From Octopus bimaculoides (lineage: Eukaryota), in the NCBI RefSeq assembly GCF_001194135.2, contig NC_069001.1, positions 15,864,423-15,928,422 of the forward strand: a stretch of 64,000 nucleotides of DNA. The letters are read 5' to 3'. The position numbers were made by a program, and so were the translations under genes. Numbering within the stretch: position 1 is the first letter of the stretch; each line of letters begins with the position of its first letter. Shown piece after piece: positions 25,437 through 37,900 of the stretch. The notes under the pieces are model-generated. The model was not told the DNA's origin. It saw only the letters and a program-made list of their open reading frames with translations, and ran no database searches.

Positions 25437-26879
25437 GCCACTGTGGTGAACAACTTGCCCTATTCTGTAGAAGGATTTTTTTACTGCAGTGGTGTGTTTG
25501 AAAGGTTAAGTTTCACATAAGGAAAGAAAATTATAATACTGGGATAAATGTAAAAACAACCTTCGTCAGCTATTTGAATTTAGTTTGGCACTTCTGACAA
25601 GAGAAATTTTATACGAAAGAAATGTTAAACAACTAAAAAAACATCAGTGTATATACCTGTGCATGCATGGGTTTATACACACACACACACACACACACAA
25701 ACATATATACAGAAATATACATGTACATACATATTCATAAACATACTTGCATACAATTTCATGATAATTCCACCTATATACAATTCCATAGAAAAATCAT
25801 AAATTCAAATAAATTTCTTGTAGGATGCAAAATTTAAGACAGATCTTTTAGAGATATTTGCATTATCAGCTTTTATCTGGTTATCCAATTCTTGCTTTAT
25901 TCAATTTTTTTGTTTTTAGGATAGTTTGCTATTTTTTTTAGCATTTGATTTTTATATCAGTAACTGATTGGAAATTTAAACTAGGAATAGAATTTGGTTG
26001 GCAGTGACTTAGTTAAAATAGGTCTGAGTTACATGATAAAACATTTAAATTTTTGCTACAGCTTTGAACTAATGATTTTTTTTTTTTTAAATAATATAAT
26101 TAAAAGACCTATCTCTGCAGCCAAATAAACATGGAAATTTTCAGCCATTTTAGCCACAACACTTGATTTTTGTCCAAATATTTGTCCTCCAGACTGCAAA
26201 ATGGATTTCTAAAAAGCAATACACAATGCCGTCACACTTATATTTCCAAATTCATCTATTTCTGGTTGGCTGTTTTGCTTTGAATAAACTTGGAGAGGAA
26301 ACATACAAAATTGGTAGGAAAGTTCAGTAAGGTTTCAGAATTCATTTTTAAGATGAAATATTTTAAAGCTTTGACATTTCTACCAAACTCCAATTTTCTC
26401 CATTTTTTTTTCTTTTTAAATACTTCTGTTGATGTTTAAAGGAGAAAGAGAACCAAGTGCAGAAGAGGGAAAGTAGCTGTTCTTATAGAACTCTGGGAAT
26501 CTAGAGTGTCTTGCAAGGTCCAACAACAAAAGGTTTTAGCAATGGTTTGAGATCATTTTTAACATACATACAACCAAATTCATTTATACTAGCTGTTGTA
26601 TTACTAAAAGGTACCCTAACTCAGAACAAACTGTTGCTCTAAAGCAATCCAAATTTTCAGAACAAAATAGAAAATTACTTTAATTTTGTTTAAATTTTTT
26701 CTTTTCGTCTTCTAGTAAATTTTAAAAAATAATCTGCTTTCAATGAATAGAATTCTCATAGGTGGAATTTCAAAAACACTATACACTCACACAGCAATTA
26801 TATATAAATACACTCACACAAACACACACCTATATATGCACACATACAAACACACATTACACATACACACAAGTACACA

Positions 26880-27655
26880 CTAACTAATGTTTTCAGCATT
26901 GTCTTCAAGACCAAAGATTTCTGGATGAAACTCAAAACAGCCATACCACTGTAGCAAGCTGTCTTTACTGATATTACAATGCAAAGTGTAAGGATTCGTC
27001 GCATCCTCCCAGGTCTTAGACACCAAAACATCTCCCCAGGTTGTCGGACCAAAGTACAGCATAGACATTCGACTAATGCAGTAATTATGAAACTTCGTCG
27101 ATATCTGTGGATAGAAGTCTTTTAAGGAAGCAATGCTGGCATTTTCTGCGAAATAACGCACATAGGAAGAACATCTTGTCCTACTGAGGGCATCGACATC
27201 TGTAAGGGGAACTGTGAAAACATGATTGTGCGTTTCGGCTGGTACCTCTTGAGGTTTTATAAGGTAGGGCTTCACAGGATCAGTGAGGTTTTTCTTGTGT
27301 TTCACAAGCCACCAGTCGGGTAAGTTGCAGCTCTTGGCTGTGTCTGCCTTCACAACGGCATGTACATTCTTCACTATAATTGATGGCTTCATTTTACCGC
27401 CACAGATCATCCCACATGTAGTCATTAATGAGTTGTCATTGATGTGCGATAGTTTTAGTGAGATTCCTAGTGGCGCTTTGGGTGTTGTGGTTTCGAAAAA
27501 TCCACTTCGGATGTCCATACGCACGGCTTTTATAATTGTGGTGATGTTGTTTTCAAGCAGAAATTTGTAGTCAAGGAAAGATGATTCGTGGTGAAAGAAC
27601 GATGCAAATTCCACTCGACTGATCATGTCATAGATTCTCCAAACATCTGGGAGAC
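26880..27655 (-). CDS. Double-hotdog-fold, acyl-ACP/acyl-CoA thioesterase-like protein, terminal exon
   Basis: Acceptor TTTTCCAG at 27656-27657, 776 nt open to TAA. Domain 1 ends HAVVKADTAKSCNLPDWW (hotdog VD..T.KP..LPDW). Domain 2 reads FTVPLTDVDALSRTRCSSYVRYF...MLYFGPTTWGDVLVSKTW, matching the acyl-ACP TE C-domain pattern F.V..SD.D.N.H.N...Y....L.Y..E...GD.L...W. Confidence 0.85.
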
Positions 27656-27764
27656 CTGGAAAAGAAGTTTCCAAAATTATAAAGATTATTTTAATTCTAA
27701 CATAAATAGAGAAAAGAAAATACAAGAGACAATTTAAACTCTTTTTTTGAAAACTGAAAATGTG

Positions 27765-27990
27765 GCCATGTGGTAAGAAGATTGCTTCCCAACCACGAGG
27801 TTCTAGGTTCAGTGCTACTGCATGACACCTTGGGCAAGTGTCTTCTACTATAGCCTCAGGTTGACCAAAGCTTTGTGAGTGCATTTAATAAATGGAAACT
27901 GAAAGAAGCCCATCATATGTATGTGTTTGTTACCCACTACCACTTGACAACTGGTGTTGGTGTGTTTACATCCCCATGACTTAGCAGTTT
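27765..27990 (+). mobile_element. tRNA-headed SINE family B (partial)
   Basis: GTGGCCATGTGGTAAGAAGATTGCTTCCCAACCAC...CCTTGGGCAAGTGTCTTCTACTATAGCC. It supplies the spurious N-terminus of the 334-aa track ORF. About 15 copies in the window. Confidence 0.85.
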
Positions 27991-29121
27991 GGTGCGTCAC
28001 CAGCACGGACCCTTCTGCATGTCACCGGCATGTTGCGGCTCCTACGTGTCACTGGCCTGTTGGGGAGGGGTCTCTTGTGTGTCACCAGTACGGGTGGGGG
28101 TGGGGGGAGAGGGCCTTTTGCACTGGCCATGCCTATGATTTCACTAAGCTTGATGCGTCTTCATAGGTACAGCAAATCACCTGCAGTCTCAGTCACTTGT
28201 GAGACTGAACATCTGGAGAACATATTTCACCACCTCATCCCATGTCTTCCTCGGTCTACCTATTAGTTTTACATTCTTTTTTCTCTGCTGGCATGGGTTG
28301 TATGTACTTGTTCTGTCAGGTAGACACGTTTCCCCGTCTGTTACAGTCCTTCTACACCTGTTACAAACACAACTAAGAAAACCATTAACCTACATCGAAT
28401 AAGCTACGTTTTTTGATATGATCTTTTACAGTTGGAAACCCTTCCTTAACATAAACTGGGTATCTTTAATTATGCCACTAGCATTAATAGGGCCATTTGT
28501 GCACTGAATTAAGGACTTCTTTGTATTAGTTTTTATTTAGAATTTACTATTCTCCTAGTTGGGTTGTCTTTCCTACAGGCTACAATATGAGAAACATTAA
28601 TTTATCAATCCTCATCAGTAAATGCCCATTTTTCCAAGCTGGTATGGGTTGGATGGTTTGACAAGACTCAGTGAGTTGTAGGGTTGCATTGCATTTCATG
28701 TCAACTTCGGTATGGTTTCTAAGGCTGGATGCCCTTCTTAACACCTGCCACAAAACTAATGAGGTTGCCATGTAACTTGCAAAACAGGAAAGAACAAGAA
28801 GGGGAAAAAATCCTCTCGACTAAATGGGAAGGGGGAGTAATTAGGAGTGGGGAGAGGTGGCTTTATGCAAGGAACAAGTAGAGGTGTCTTCCTACAGAAG
28901 ATAAATGGCTACCCCACAACAACCAAACATAGACATAAAGAAACACTATCACAGTATCATCAAAATATCTTTCCAAGTAACATATTTCTAGGGTAATCCA
29001 GCAATGACCATTTTGTTGGTTTATTAAGGATTACAATGTCCAATTGAGCCTTCTCTTTAAGATGGAGTATGGTTTGAAGTAGATTTGGCTATTATTTCTA
29101 GCAAGTCCATTGACTCTAGAT

Positions 29122-29378
29122 CAGTGGTTCTCAACTAGGGTCCATACAACAAAATAGTAAATTGGGGATCCACAATAGTATTTTAAGGGGTCCCTGAAAG
29201 AATTTTGCTTTAGATGTATGTATTGCAAGAAACAGGTTTCTTAAACGTTTTACATAGTTCAGCCTAGACAAGTCAATGTGTGAAAAGCAAAACAGGAATT
29301 TTGAAAGATATCTATAAAACTAGTATTTAAACATCAAATAAAATTGTAATCATAGATAAAAAATGGTTGAGAACCCCT
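29122..29378. mobile_element. hAT/Charlie-like MITE
   Basis: CAGTGGTTCTCAAC ... GGTTGAGAACC after ACTCTAGAT. Relatives at 43573-43862, 46682-46933 and 53435-53756. Confidence 0.65.
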
Positions 29379-29469
29379 TGTATGGATGCCCATCATTGGC
29401 TTACATCCTTAAATTAAATAAACACTCAGAGTAATAATTAAATTCTTCACAATATAGAGTCAAACTAAC

Positions 29470-29570
29470 CTGCATTATCAAGATCATCATAGCGAAGGCC
29501 TGGTAGAACAACATCGACATGGTTACGCTGTCTGTTCACATTGATCCGAAGATTTAAGGATGGGTAGGAC
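29470..29570 (-). CDS. Thioesterase-like gene, internal exon
   Basis: TTTTCAG acceptor and GTTAG donor, 101 nt, phase 2/1. SYPSLNLRINVNRQRNHVDVVLPGLRYDDLDNA+G joins in frame to GLPDVWRIY of the terminal exon. Confidence 0.8.
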
Positions 29571-30234
29571 CTGAAAATTAAAAGCAAAAGCAGTAGTAGA
29601 GATATCTTGTGAAAACAACACAGAAGTAACATTTATATGGAGACTTCAAATGTGTACAGATACACCACCTACTTTCTGAGCACTTACAAGAGAGTGCTGA
29701 AAAGTTACTGGCTTTGAATAAAGAAAATACAGGAGGATCAGCTGAATAGGATTCTATGCAACATATTCCCCTCTCAGATTCACACAATTATTGATGATTG
29801 GTCCTTCAGTTTTTCTAAGCCCTGTAAAAGAACTCAGAGGGTTGGGCTTCCTACCAGGTCTTTTGCAATAACCTTAAAGCCAGGAACTTTTCAGCACCCC
29901 CTCATATGGTCTGGAACCTCTTACAATCCGCACTAATTTACGAGCAGGAACTTCAAATTCCTGTGGCCTGGTTTCATATTACCATTTAGCATTCAGATTT
30001 GTCAAATGTAATGCTTGCTTATTCACATGGCTTTAAATTAATTCTGCATTATCTTGCAGCTTTGAGATTTCAATGATGTGATTATTATTTTTAGAATATT
30101 ATTTGATAAGTGTGAGATGCTGGATCTGGCCAGTTTGAACATAAAACAAGTAAAATATTTGGGCCAGTTATGGCTGATTTCAATGCTAAAGAGTTAATAA
30201 ACATATCATTCATACTGGTTGGTTGGTTGGTTGG

Positions 30235-30455
30235 CACTCCGTCGCTTACAACGTCGAGGGTTCCAGTTGATCCGATCAACGGAACAGCCTGCTCGTGAAA
30301 TTAACGTGCAAGTGGCTGAGCATTCCACAGACACGTGTACCCTTAACGTAGTTCTCAGGGCTATTCAGCATGACACAGTGTGACAAGGCTGACCCTTTGA
30401 AATACAAGTACAACAGAAACAGGAAGTAAGAGTGAGAGAAAGTTGAAATGGATTC
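30235..30455 (-). mobile_element. SINE family D copy, inverted relative to the copy at 31390-31670
   Basis: TGTGACAAGGCTGACCCTTTGAAATACAAGTACAAC is reverse-complementary to GTTGTACTTGTATTTCAAAGGGACAGCCTTGTCACA at ~31523-31560. Confidence 0.75.
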
Positions 30456-32569
30456 CACTATATAAACTCAACTCCCATAATGTTTACTTATCTCTTGTAA
30501 TAGTAAATGGTTAAAAAGGTGTAACCTAAATATTTAGCATTTGATTTTGAATCATGCTTCCAGCTCTGTAATAAGGGATGGAGAGTTGGCATTATTAAAA
30601 ACGTACCGAAGTGGGTGAGCTGGCAGAATTGTTAGCATACTGGATAAAATGCTAAGTGGCATTTCGTCTGTCTTTACATTCTAAGTTCAAATTCCGCCAT
30701 GGTTGACCATCTTTTCTCCCTTTCAGGGTTGATGAAATAAGTACCAGTTGAGCACTGGGGTCATGTAATCTACTGAACTCCTCCCCCAAAATTGCTGGCC
30801 TTTTGCCAAAATTTGAAACCATTATAACATACTAACTCAAACAACCTATGTTAGAATATGTATTAAAATTCCTAATTCCCCAAATATTGATTTGATTTTC
30901 CTTCACTAAAAATAAATCAGATTTAATGGCTTCTGTGAAGAACGAGATAGTAAATTTCAAATAAGTATTTCCTATTAACTTTCTCTCCCATACACAGCGT
31001 GTCTTAAAATTTTTACAAAAAAAAAAAAAAATTTGTAAGGATAAACTTGTGGGACAGAGAGGTTGGTAGGCATTATTACAGTGTAGTTATGCCATTGGTG
31101 GTATACAGTATTGCATTTGTTTTACTGTTTGTTCCCTATGTGCCACCACAACAGTGATATGCAAAACATTGCTTTATCAGCACAACAATATTGACTTTCT
31201 GATATATAGCTTGTTGTCAATAAAGCACAGCATACATGTCTCTAGGTTTTTATGGGTGAACTGGTTACAGACAAAGTTGTGGAAGGAGTACCCCCACCAA
31301 AAAAAAAAAGAAAAAAAAAGACCCATGCCAGCATGGAACACAGACGTTAAATAATGATGAATATATCTCATATGAGCAGCCATGTGAAGAGGCGTGGCTT
31401 AGTGGGTAGGCTATTTATATCAGGATTGTAAGGTCATGAGTTCAGTAGCTGACAGTGTGTTGTGTCCTTAAACAAGATACTTTATTTCACGTTACTCCTG
31501 TCTACTCAGTTGGCAAAAATGAGTTGTACTTGTATTTCAAAGGGACAGCCTTGTCACATTCCATGTCGCACTGAATCTCCCTAGTATTTTAAGGGTATTT
31601 TTGTTTGTGGAGTGCTTGGCCACTTGCACATTAATTTCATGAGCAGGCCGTTTCTTAATCGTAACCGACAAGAGTGCAAAATTTTTTCCTTTTTATGAGC
31701 CAATGAGATCACTCACAAGGTTAGAAATAATAGTATCTTATGTGCAAACCTCAGCATTATAAACAATGTTGGACAATGTTAATGCTCCTAAAAATACGAG
31801 CCTGTACCCAGGACCAAATTAAGACCTGTAAACGACCGTGCGAAGGAGAGGTGACGAGAATGGCTCCTTTAGCATATCACACGGCCGATACAATAAATAT
31901 GAAAAGGATAAATGAGTATAAGTGCCAGAAGGAAAGGAGATACACAACCAGGTAGAATGTTTAAGAGAAAATTTTATTGATAGGTTAACATGTGTGTGTG
32001 TGTGCGTCATATATGCATAATAATAGACAGGCCGTCATGTATACATAATGTGTATGTGTGTGCAAGCATGGATGTGTGCGTGTGCGTTAAGTACAGAGCA
32101 TTGAAAGAGTCTATAATATGATGTTAGAATGTTCAGACACAAGGATGATAAATTCAAGTTCGTAGTCAATGTACATGATAGTTGATATGCTGTATCAAGA
32201 AGTTGTGGCTGCAGTGCAGAGCCGGTTGAGGTACTGTCGTATAAGAAGTTGTGGCTACGATGCAGAGCCAGTCGCTTGTTACAGCAGTTCTCGCAGGTTG
32301 TATCTGCTGTTAACCATAGTGAAGTAATTCACAAACAGTGTTGAGATAGAACCTGTGTGAGTGCTGCTGAGTACGTAGAGAGATGATGTTGACGACGTTA
32401 AGAAGATGGAGGCGATGAAGAAAGAGATTGCCGTATGCTGTTAGAAGAGTGTTGATGAGTCTTCATGTGGCTGTTGTTGTGTCGTCGCTGGAATTGGCTG
32501 TGTGCTCTGTGGTCAGTGGCTAGACCTCAACAGGTCTGGAAGCAAAAGACATCGACTCGCTGTGTCGCT

Positions 32570-32715
32570 GAAGTTTTATAGGGCACAGTCGGCTTACCGG
32601 AGGTTTAGAAAAGACGGTCTCATGTGACCTTATCAGAAGGCTGCGATTGATTGGTTTGTATATTGGTGTGCGATAGAGCAAGAGACAAATTGCACCAATA
32701 CCAACCAATCAGAGT
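32570..32715 (-). promoter_or_regulatory. TATA/CCAAT promoter upstream of the thioesterase-like gene
   Basis: TATAAAA on - at 32574-32580, four CCAAT boxes (32650-54 and 32662-66 on -, 32695-99 and 32705-09 on +) and a GTCACATGA E-box-like site, in a CpG-retaining region. Confidence 0.55.
32598..32623 (-). CDS. Candidate first coding exon of the thioesterase-like gene (MRPSFLNL-R)
   Basis: ATG at 32623 and a strong CG|GTAAG donor in the phase 2 required by exon 29470-29570. An alternative candidate is 31826-31875 (MLKEPFSSPLLRTVVY-R, weak GTCTTA donor). Unresolved. Confidence 0.3.
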
Positions 32716-35700
32716 AGTGGACACAACAGGGTCCAAAAGGTTGGCCGAAGGCTAGCTGTTATCTACTACGTCCGTATTTACGTATATATAACAGAGAGAG
32801 AGAGGGATTTCCCTCAAGTCGTACGCTACAGACCCATAGAGGCCCTAAGCACTTAAAAGGTTTTGATGCCCTCAAGTATATGTAGATGGTTCAAAATGTA
32901 AACGATAATAAATCATAAAATCTTATTTTTCAAAATGAAACAAAATTCACATTAAGATAGAAAATAATATTTATTTTTGTATATTTCCATTTTATTTATA
33001 TTTGAAAAGTTTTCTCGTTTTTTTTTTGTTTCAATTGAAAAGTGTTCGATGATATCGTTAAAATTTTACGTAAAACTTCTGCTTCGTAGAGATAAAGCAT
33101 TAGGAATATTATTTTAGCAAGTTTAAAGTGATTTCTTTCGTGCCGTAAACCATTTACGTTTCTGTGGTGGCCCCGTCCCTTGATGCTCTAAGCACGTACT
33201 TATTTTGCTTAATGAGTTAACCCAACGCAGCCTATACCATATCCAATGAAATCACGTGCATAGCTAGAAATAACAACCAAATCTTCCTCATATCCAACCC
33301 TGTCTTAAAAAATAAAGAAACGTTCGATAATGTAATTCTTAATATATTAGCAGTTGCCATTGCTAACTCAAGCGAAAAATCGACCCGTACGGCGAGAGCT
33401 TATCTAGTCATGCCATTGACACGAACAGTCAAAGTCGCGGCGACTGACTGAAGATAATATAATATCAGAGGGAGAGAAAAAGGTGGTATTTCATGGCAAG
33501 AAAGATTTATCGTATGCGTACTGAATTAGAGCAAATTTTGGTCTTAGCTCCGAGTTTTAGTCCAGCAGGCGTTTGACTAAAAGACATTCCAGCTTAAACG
33601 AAGATCTGCATCGTTTGCATCTGTAATACAATAACCGAGCTTATTTGAGGATTGTTTTATTTAATGCCAAATCTGTAATTTCAGCAGCTTCGATGTAAAG
33701 CTGTTAACCTACCTCCCGCACACACCCATATTATATATATATATATATATNNNNNNNNNNNNNNNNNNNNNNNNNNNNNNNNNNNNNNNNNNNNNNNNNN
33801 NNNNNNNNNNNNNNNNNNNNNNNNNNNNNNNNNNNNNNNNNNNNNNNNNNNNNNNNNNNNNNNNNNNNNNNNNNNNNNNNNNNNNNNNNNNNNNNNNNNN
33901 NNNNNNNNNNNNNNNNNNNNNNNNNNNNNNNNNNNNNNNNNNNNNNNNNNNNNNNNNNNNNNNNNNNNNNNNNNNNNNNNNNNNNNNNNNNNNNNNNNNN
34001 NNNNNNNNNNNNNNNNNNNNNNNNNNNNNNNNNNNNNNNNNNNNNNNNNNNNNNNNNNNNNNNNNNNNNNNNNNNNNNNNNNNNNNNNNNNNNNNNNNNN
34101 NNNNNNNNNNNNNNNNNNNNNNGGGGGGGGGGGGGAAGATAAATAAAACAGAGACAAGAGCAACCACAATAACGTTAAAAAGAAACAGGTCAGCTTATTT
34201 GAAGAACTTCGTTTTATATTGCTTGGGGCTGCTTCTGCAGACAGGAACAACTTGACAAACTCCACGTGGGTGAAGTTTAGACCAAAATAAAGCGGCAACA
34301 TGAAGGAAAGAAAAACAAAACAAACAAATATTTTCATAACAGAGAGAGGAGGGCGAAAATAGAACTTTAAGATATGTTTAGCCACATCATTTTACAAATG
34401 TTTTTTTGTTTTTTTTGTCTTCTGCTGTATATTTTCATATATACAAAAGTTTGCAAGGAATGTGTTGTGTTGTATCAGCAGAATTGTAAGGTGGAGAGAG
34501 AAATAAGAATTGTCTAATTGTATATTTTCTGGCTACTTACGTTACAAGTTCAAATCTCACCGAGGTCGATTTTGCCTTGCATTCTTCCAGGGTTAATAAA
34601 ATATCATTCATGTACTTGGGATCACTTGTTCCTCATCCCCTAAATTTCCAGCCCTTGTTCATACCGTAGAAGCGTTTATTTTTGTTATTTGGCGCAAAAA
34701 TTCCAGCTTCCCTAAATTCCCCAGCACTATTCCTCACATACCTATCAATGCACCCTTTTCATTCCTCTCTTTGACTCTTTTAACGTTCAATTTTCTGTCT
34801 ATCCGTGTTTTATTCCATCTACTATGCATGTGCTTTTGGTATCATTGCTATATTTAACTTATTGCTATGTCATCCTCTTTACCATTTATCAACAAATAGC
34901 AGTGTATCTAAGTACTGTATACAATAAGTTATCATCGTAATTAACATTGCTTTTCACTTCCCACCCCATTGGGGTCGATACAATAAAGTACCTGCTGGCC
35001 TTCACCTAAAAATATAAACTAGGATTTGTATTTTAATGTGGTTTTGTATTATATATGTAATTGTTATCTCTGTTGGTAATAAAAACTTTCATAATGATAT
35101 TAAATAATTAGAACAATATTACTATCAATGTTTAGTGCCATTTTTCTGGTTCTAGGTTTCGAGTTCAAATTACACCGAGGTCGACTTTCGGGGTTGATAA
35201 AATAAGTACCAGCTGAGCACTGGAGTCGACTTAATCAACTTAGCTCCTCCCAGATATTGCTGGCCTTGTGCCAAAATTTGAACCAATTATTATTATTATT
35301 ATTATTATTATTACTGCTTAGCGAGGTTTGTTCTGGCTCTTTACGTTCCGAGTGCAAATTCCGTAGAGGTCGACTTTGTGATTCATCCTTCCAGACAGTC
35401 GATAAAATAAAGAATCAATCAATTATGTAGGCCGATATAATCGACATGTTCCTTCCCTCAAAATTTCAGGCCTTGTACTAAAATGAGAATTGTTTTTATA
35501 AAATACACACATGCACGCGCAGTTGGGCTAAAATGTGTTGAAATTCCTCCCGAAATCATAATATAAACAACAGTCGTTACATCTCTTATTATACTCCTTG
35601 TTTTTGATATCTGAAAAGACATGTTGAGGTTGACTGGTTTTTAACGAAAGACTTGTAAATAAAGTGACGTCTATGGGTTTTTACGAAGCTAATTTATAGA

Positions 35701-37299
35701 CAAAACGTAAATAAATACTAATAATATTGACATATTTTTAACATATGTTAAAACACAATAACTAGTTCCACTGGAGTTTCGGATAAAGGGAGTCCCAGAC
35801 CACAAAGACGGAAGGATAAGGGGGCATTTTTATATTTCTTTTGAGTATTTTTGACGGGGCACAATTGTGTAGGTATACCAAGACAAGTGTACTCTCCTCC
35901 ACCGACTTTGTTTCTTCATAACTTTCACAAGGATTAATATTTCTTAAATGAAATTCTCTTCAAATGCCTTTCGGGTTGTGTAGGTTACGATTATATCGGA
36001 CTCTGACCCGAGAAAAATAAACAAATAGGCAGACACTCGCACACATACATACTGTCAGGCACGACGTAGACATGTACAAAATGAAATTTCGTAGATACAT
36101 GCGATGTGTATCAGTATGTATGTATGTGGTATGCGTGCGTGCGCGCTCACCAATTATTTATTATTTCACATTAAATTCCCATATAATTGTAATTAATATC
36201 TACGCCATCTAAACAGTATTTGTGGAAATTTTCATAAAGGAAAAATATTCATTTTTCTGAAAGCTATGAGAAAAGGAAATAAGAGCGGGGAAGGAACACT
36301 TTTAATAGATAGGCCAAAATACTTTACTTTTTTTAATTGTATTTTTGTTATTTATTGTTTTACGATAAATAAAACAGTCGCTGGATATGTTAATGTTTTT
36401 GTTGTTGTGTGTAGATGAAAAACATAGTTGGGGGAATGGCACTGAAATGTGTGTTTATATCTTTTAAAGGCTATTTACATTAATATAAATATCATTAAGA
36501 ATATGACAGCAGCAAAAAGAAAATAAACTTTAATAATAATAATACCGTCATCATGATCAGAGAACCAAATAAATATAAGATGTTTTAAAAATAAACTCCA
36601 GCATCGCATGAAGATGAGGGGAAAATATTTGTCGGATTCTAAATAAACAAGGTCAAGAGAGGATTTATTTCGTGGTTTATAGTTAATTCTGAGAAGATTT
36701 TGATGAAACACACGTTTTAATATGACGATATGTAGCTTATAGAATATATTTACGATAGCAATTAAATATAACATACCTTAACAATCGTCTAATTGCCGAC
36801 GGAGGCATCACGACATAGAAAGATGTCAAGTCCTCACTTCCAGATTACACGAACATCAATAGGAAGATGGGAGTTACTTCCCTTCCTTTTAAACACAGAC
36901 AACCACACCCACCTCACCCTCCATCTTAATACTCCTCTAACCTCCACACTGCTCTCTCCAGTCTCTTAATCGGGAGGATTAACTGCTAGACTGGCTACAG
37001 TAGCTTAAGCTGGTATATATATATATATATATATATTATGAGGAGTTTAGTTCCATATATTTATATATATACACCATTCTGCTTAGATAATGCAACTGCA
37101 AATACAATATCCTTACGTATCTCCCGCCTGTTTTCATTCCTCCACTTCACTCTGTATTTCATATTTTCTCTATAATAACTATTAATAAAACATTTTCTCG
37201 CACTGTCTTTCATGAAGGGATATATAAAATATGCTTATATCTTCTACTGTATAAATGCGAATGTATGTGTTTATGTGTGTTTATCCCCGAAATTTCCTC

Positions 37300-37900
37300 A
37301 CAATGTAGTGAGATGTGGTCCCTGAATGCAGAAGACGTATAAAGGCTAGAGAGGAATGGGGCTAGTATGCTCTGCTGGAAATGCAATGTCAGTGTACATT
37401 TGTGACAGAGTGCTAGTGTTTTGGGGGATAAGTTCGGCATAAGAGAAATTAGATGCAGTGTGTGAGAGAGAAGACTGCATTGGTTTGGTCATGTGATGCA
37501 TATGGATGTAGACAGTTGCATGCAGAAGTGCTGATCACTTAAAGTGGATGGAACCTGTGGAAGAGGGAGACCCAGGATGACACTAGATTGATCTCAAGAC
37601 ACAGAGCCTTACAAAGGAAATGACTTAGGACCGAGATATTTGGCATCTTGCTGTACTCAATAAGACCCATCCACCACAGCAGAATTGATAGCAGTGCTGT
37701 ACCACATAAAAAAGCTCCCAGTACACTCTATGGAGTGGTTGGTGTTTGGAAGGGCATCAAGCTGTAGAAACCATATCAGAACAGACAATGGAGCCTGGTG
37801 TGGCCTCTGGCCCTACCAGTTTCAGTCAAACCATCCAACCCATGCCAGCATGGAAACAGACATTAATTGAAGATGGTTATCATAATGGTCATGATGATGA
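37300..37900 (+). mobile_element. RTE-like LINE 3' fragment with family-C tail
   Basis: RRLHWFGHVMHM...VDGTCGRGRPRMT...DRDIWHLAV followed directly by the GGAAGGGCATC..GCTGTAGAAAC...(GAT)n tail. This links family C to an RTE. Confidence 0.8.

Noticed and set aside
26880-27884. 334-aa track ORF taken as a single-exon gene
   Set aside because: Its first ~76 aa come from an antisense family-B SINE and intron sequence; the real exon starts at the acceptor at 27656.
32206-32226. CAGTGC loop as an iron-responsive element
   Set aside because: The upper stem and C-bulge are not canonical, and it is on the opposite strand to the predicted transcript.
35530-36600. Possible two-exon - strand peptide (MRCWSLF... 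/ DIKNKEYNKRCNDCC...)
   Set aside because: Weak donor, no recognisable family, and expected by chance in AT-rich DNA.
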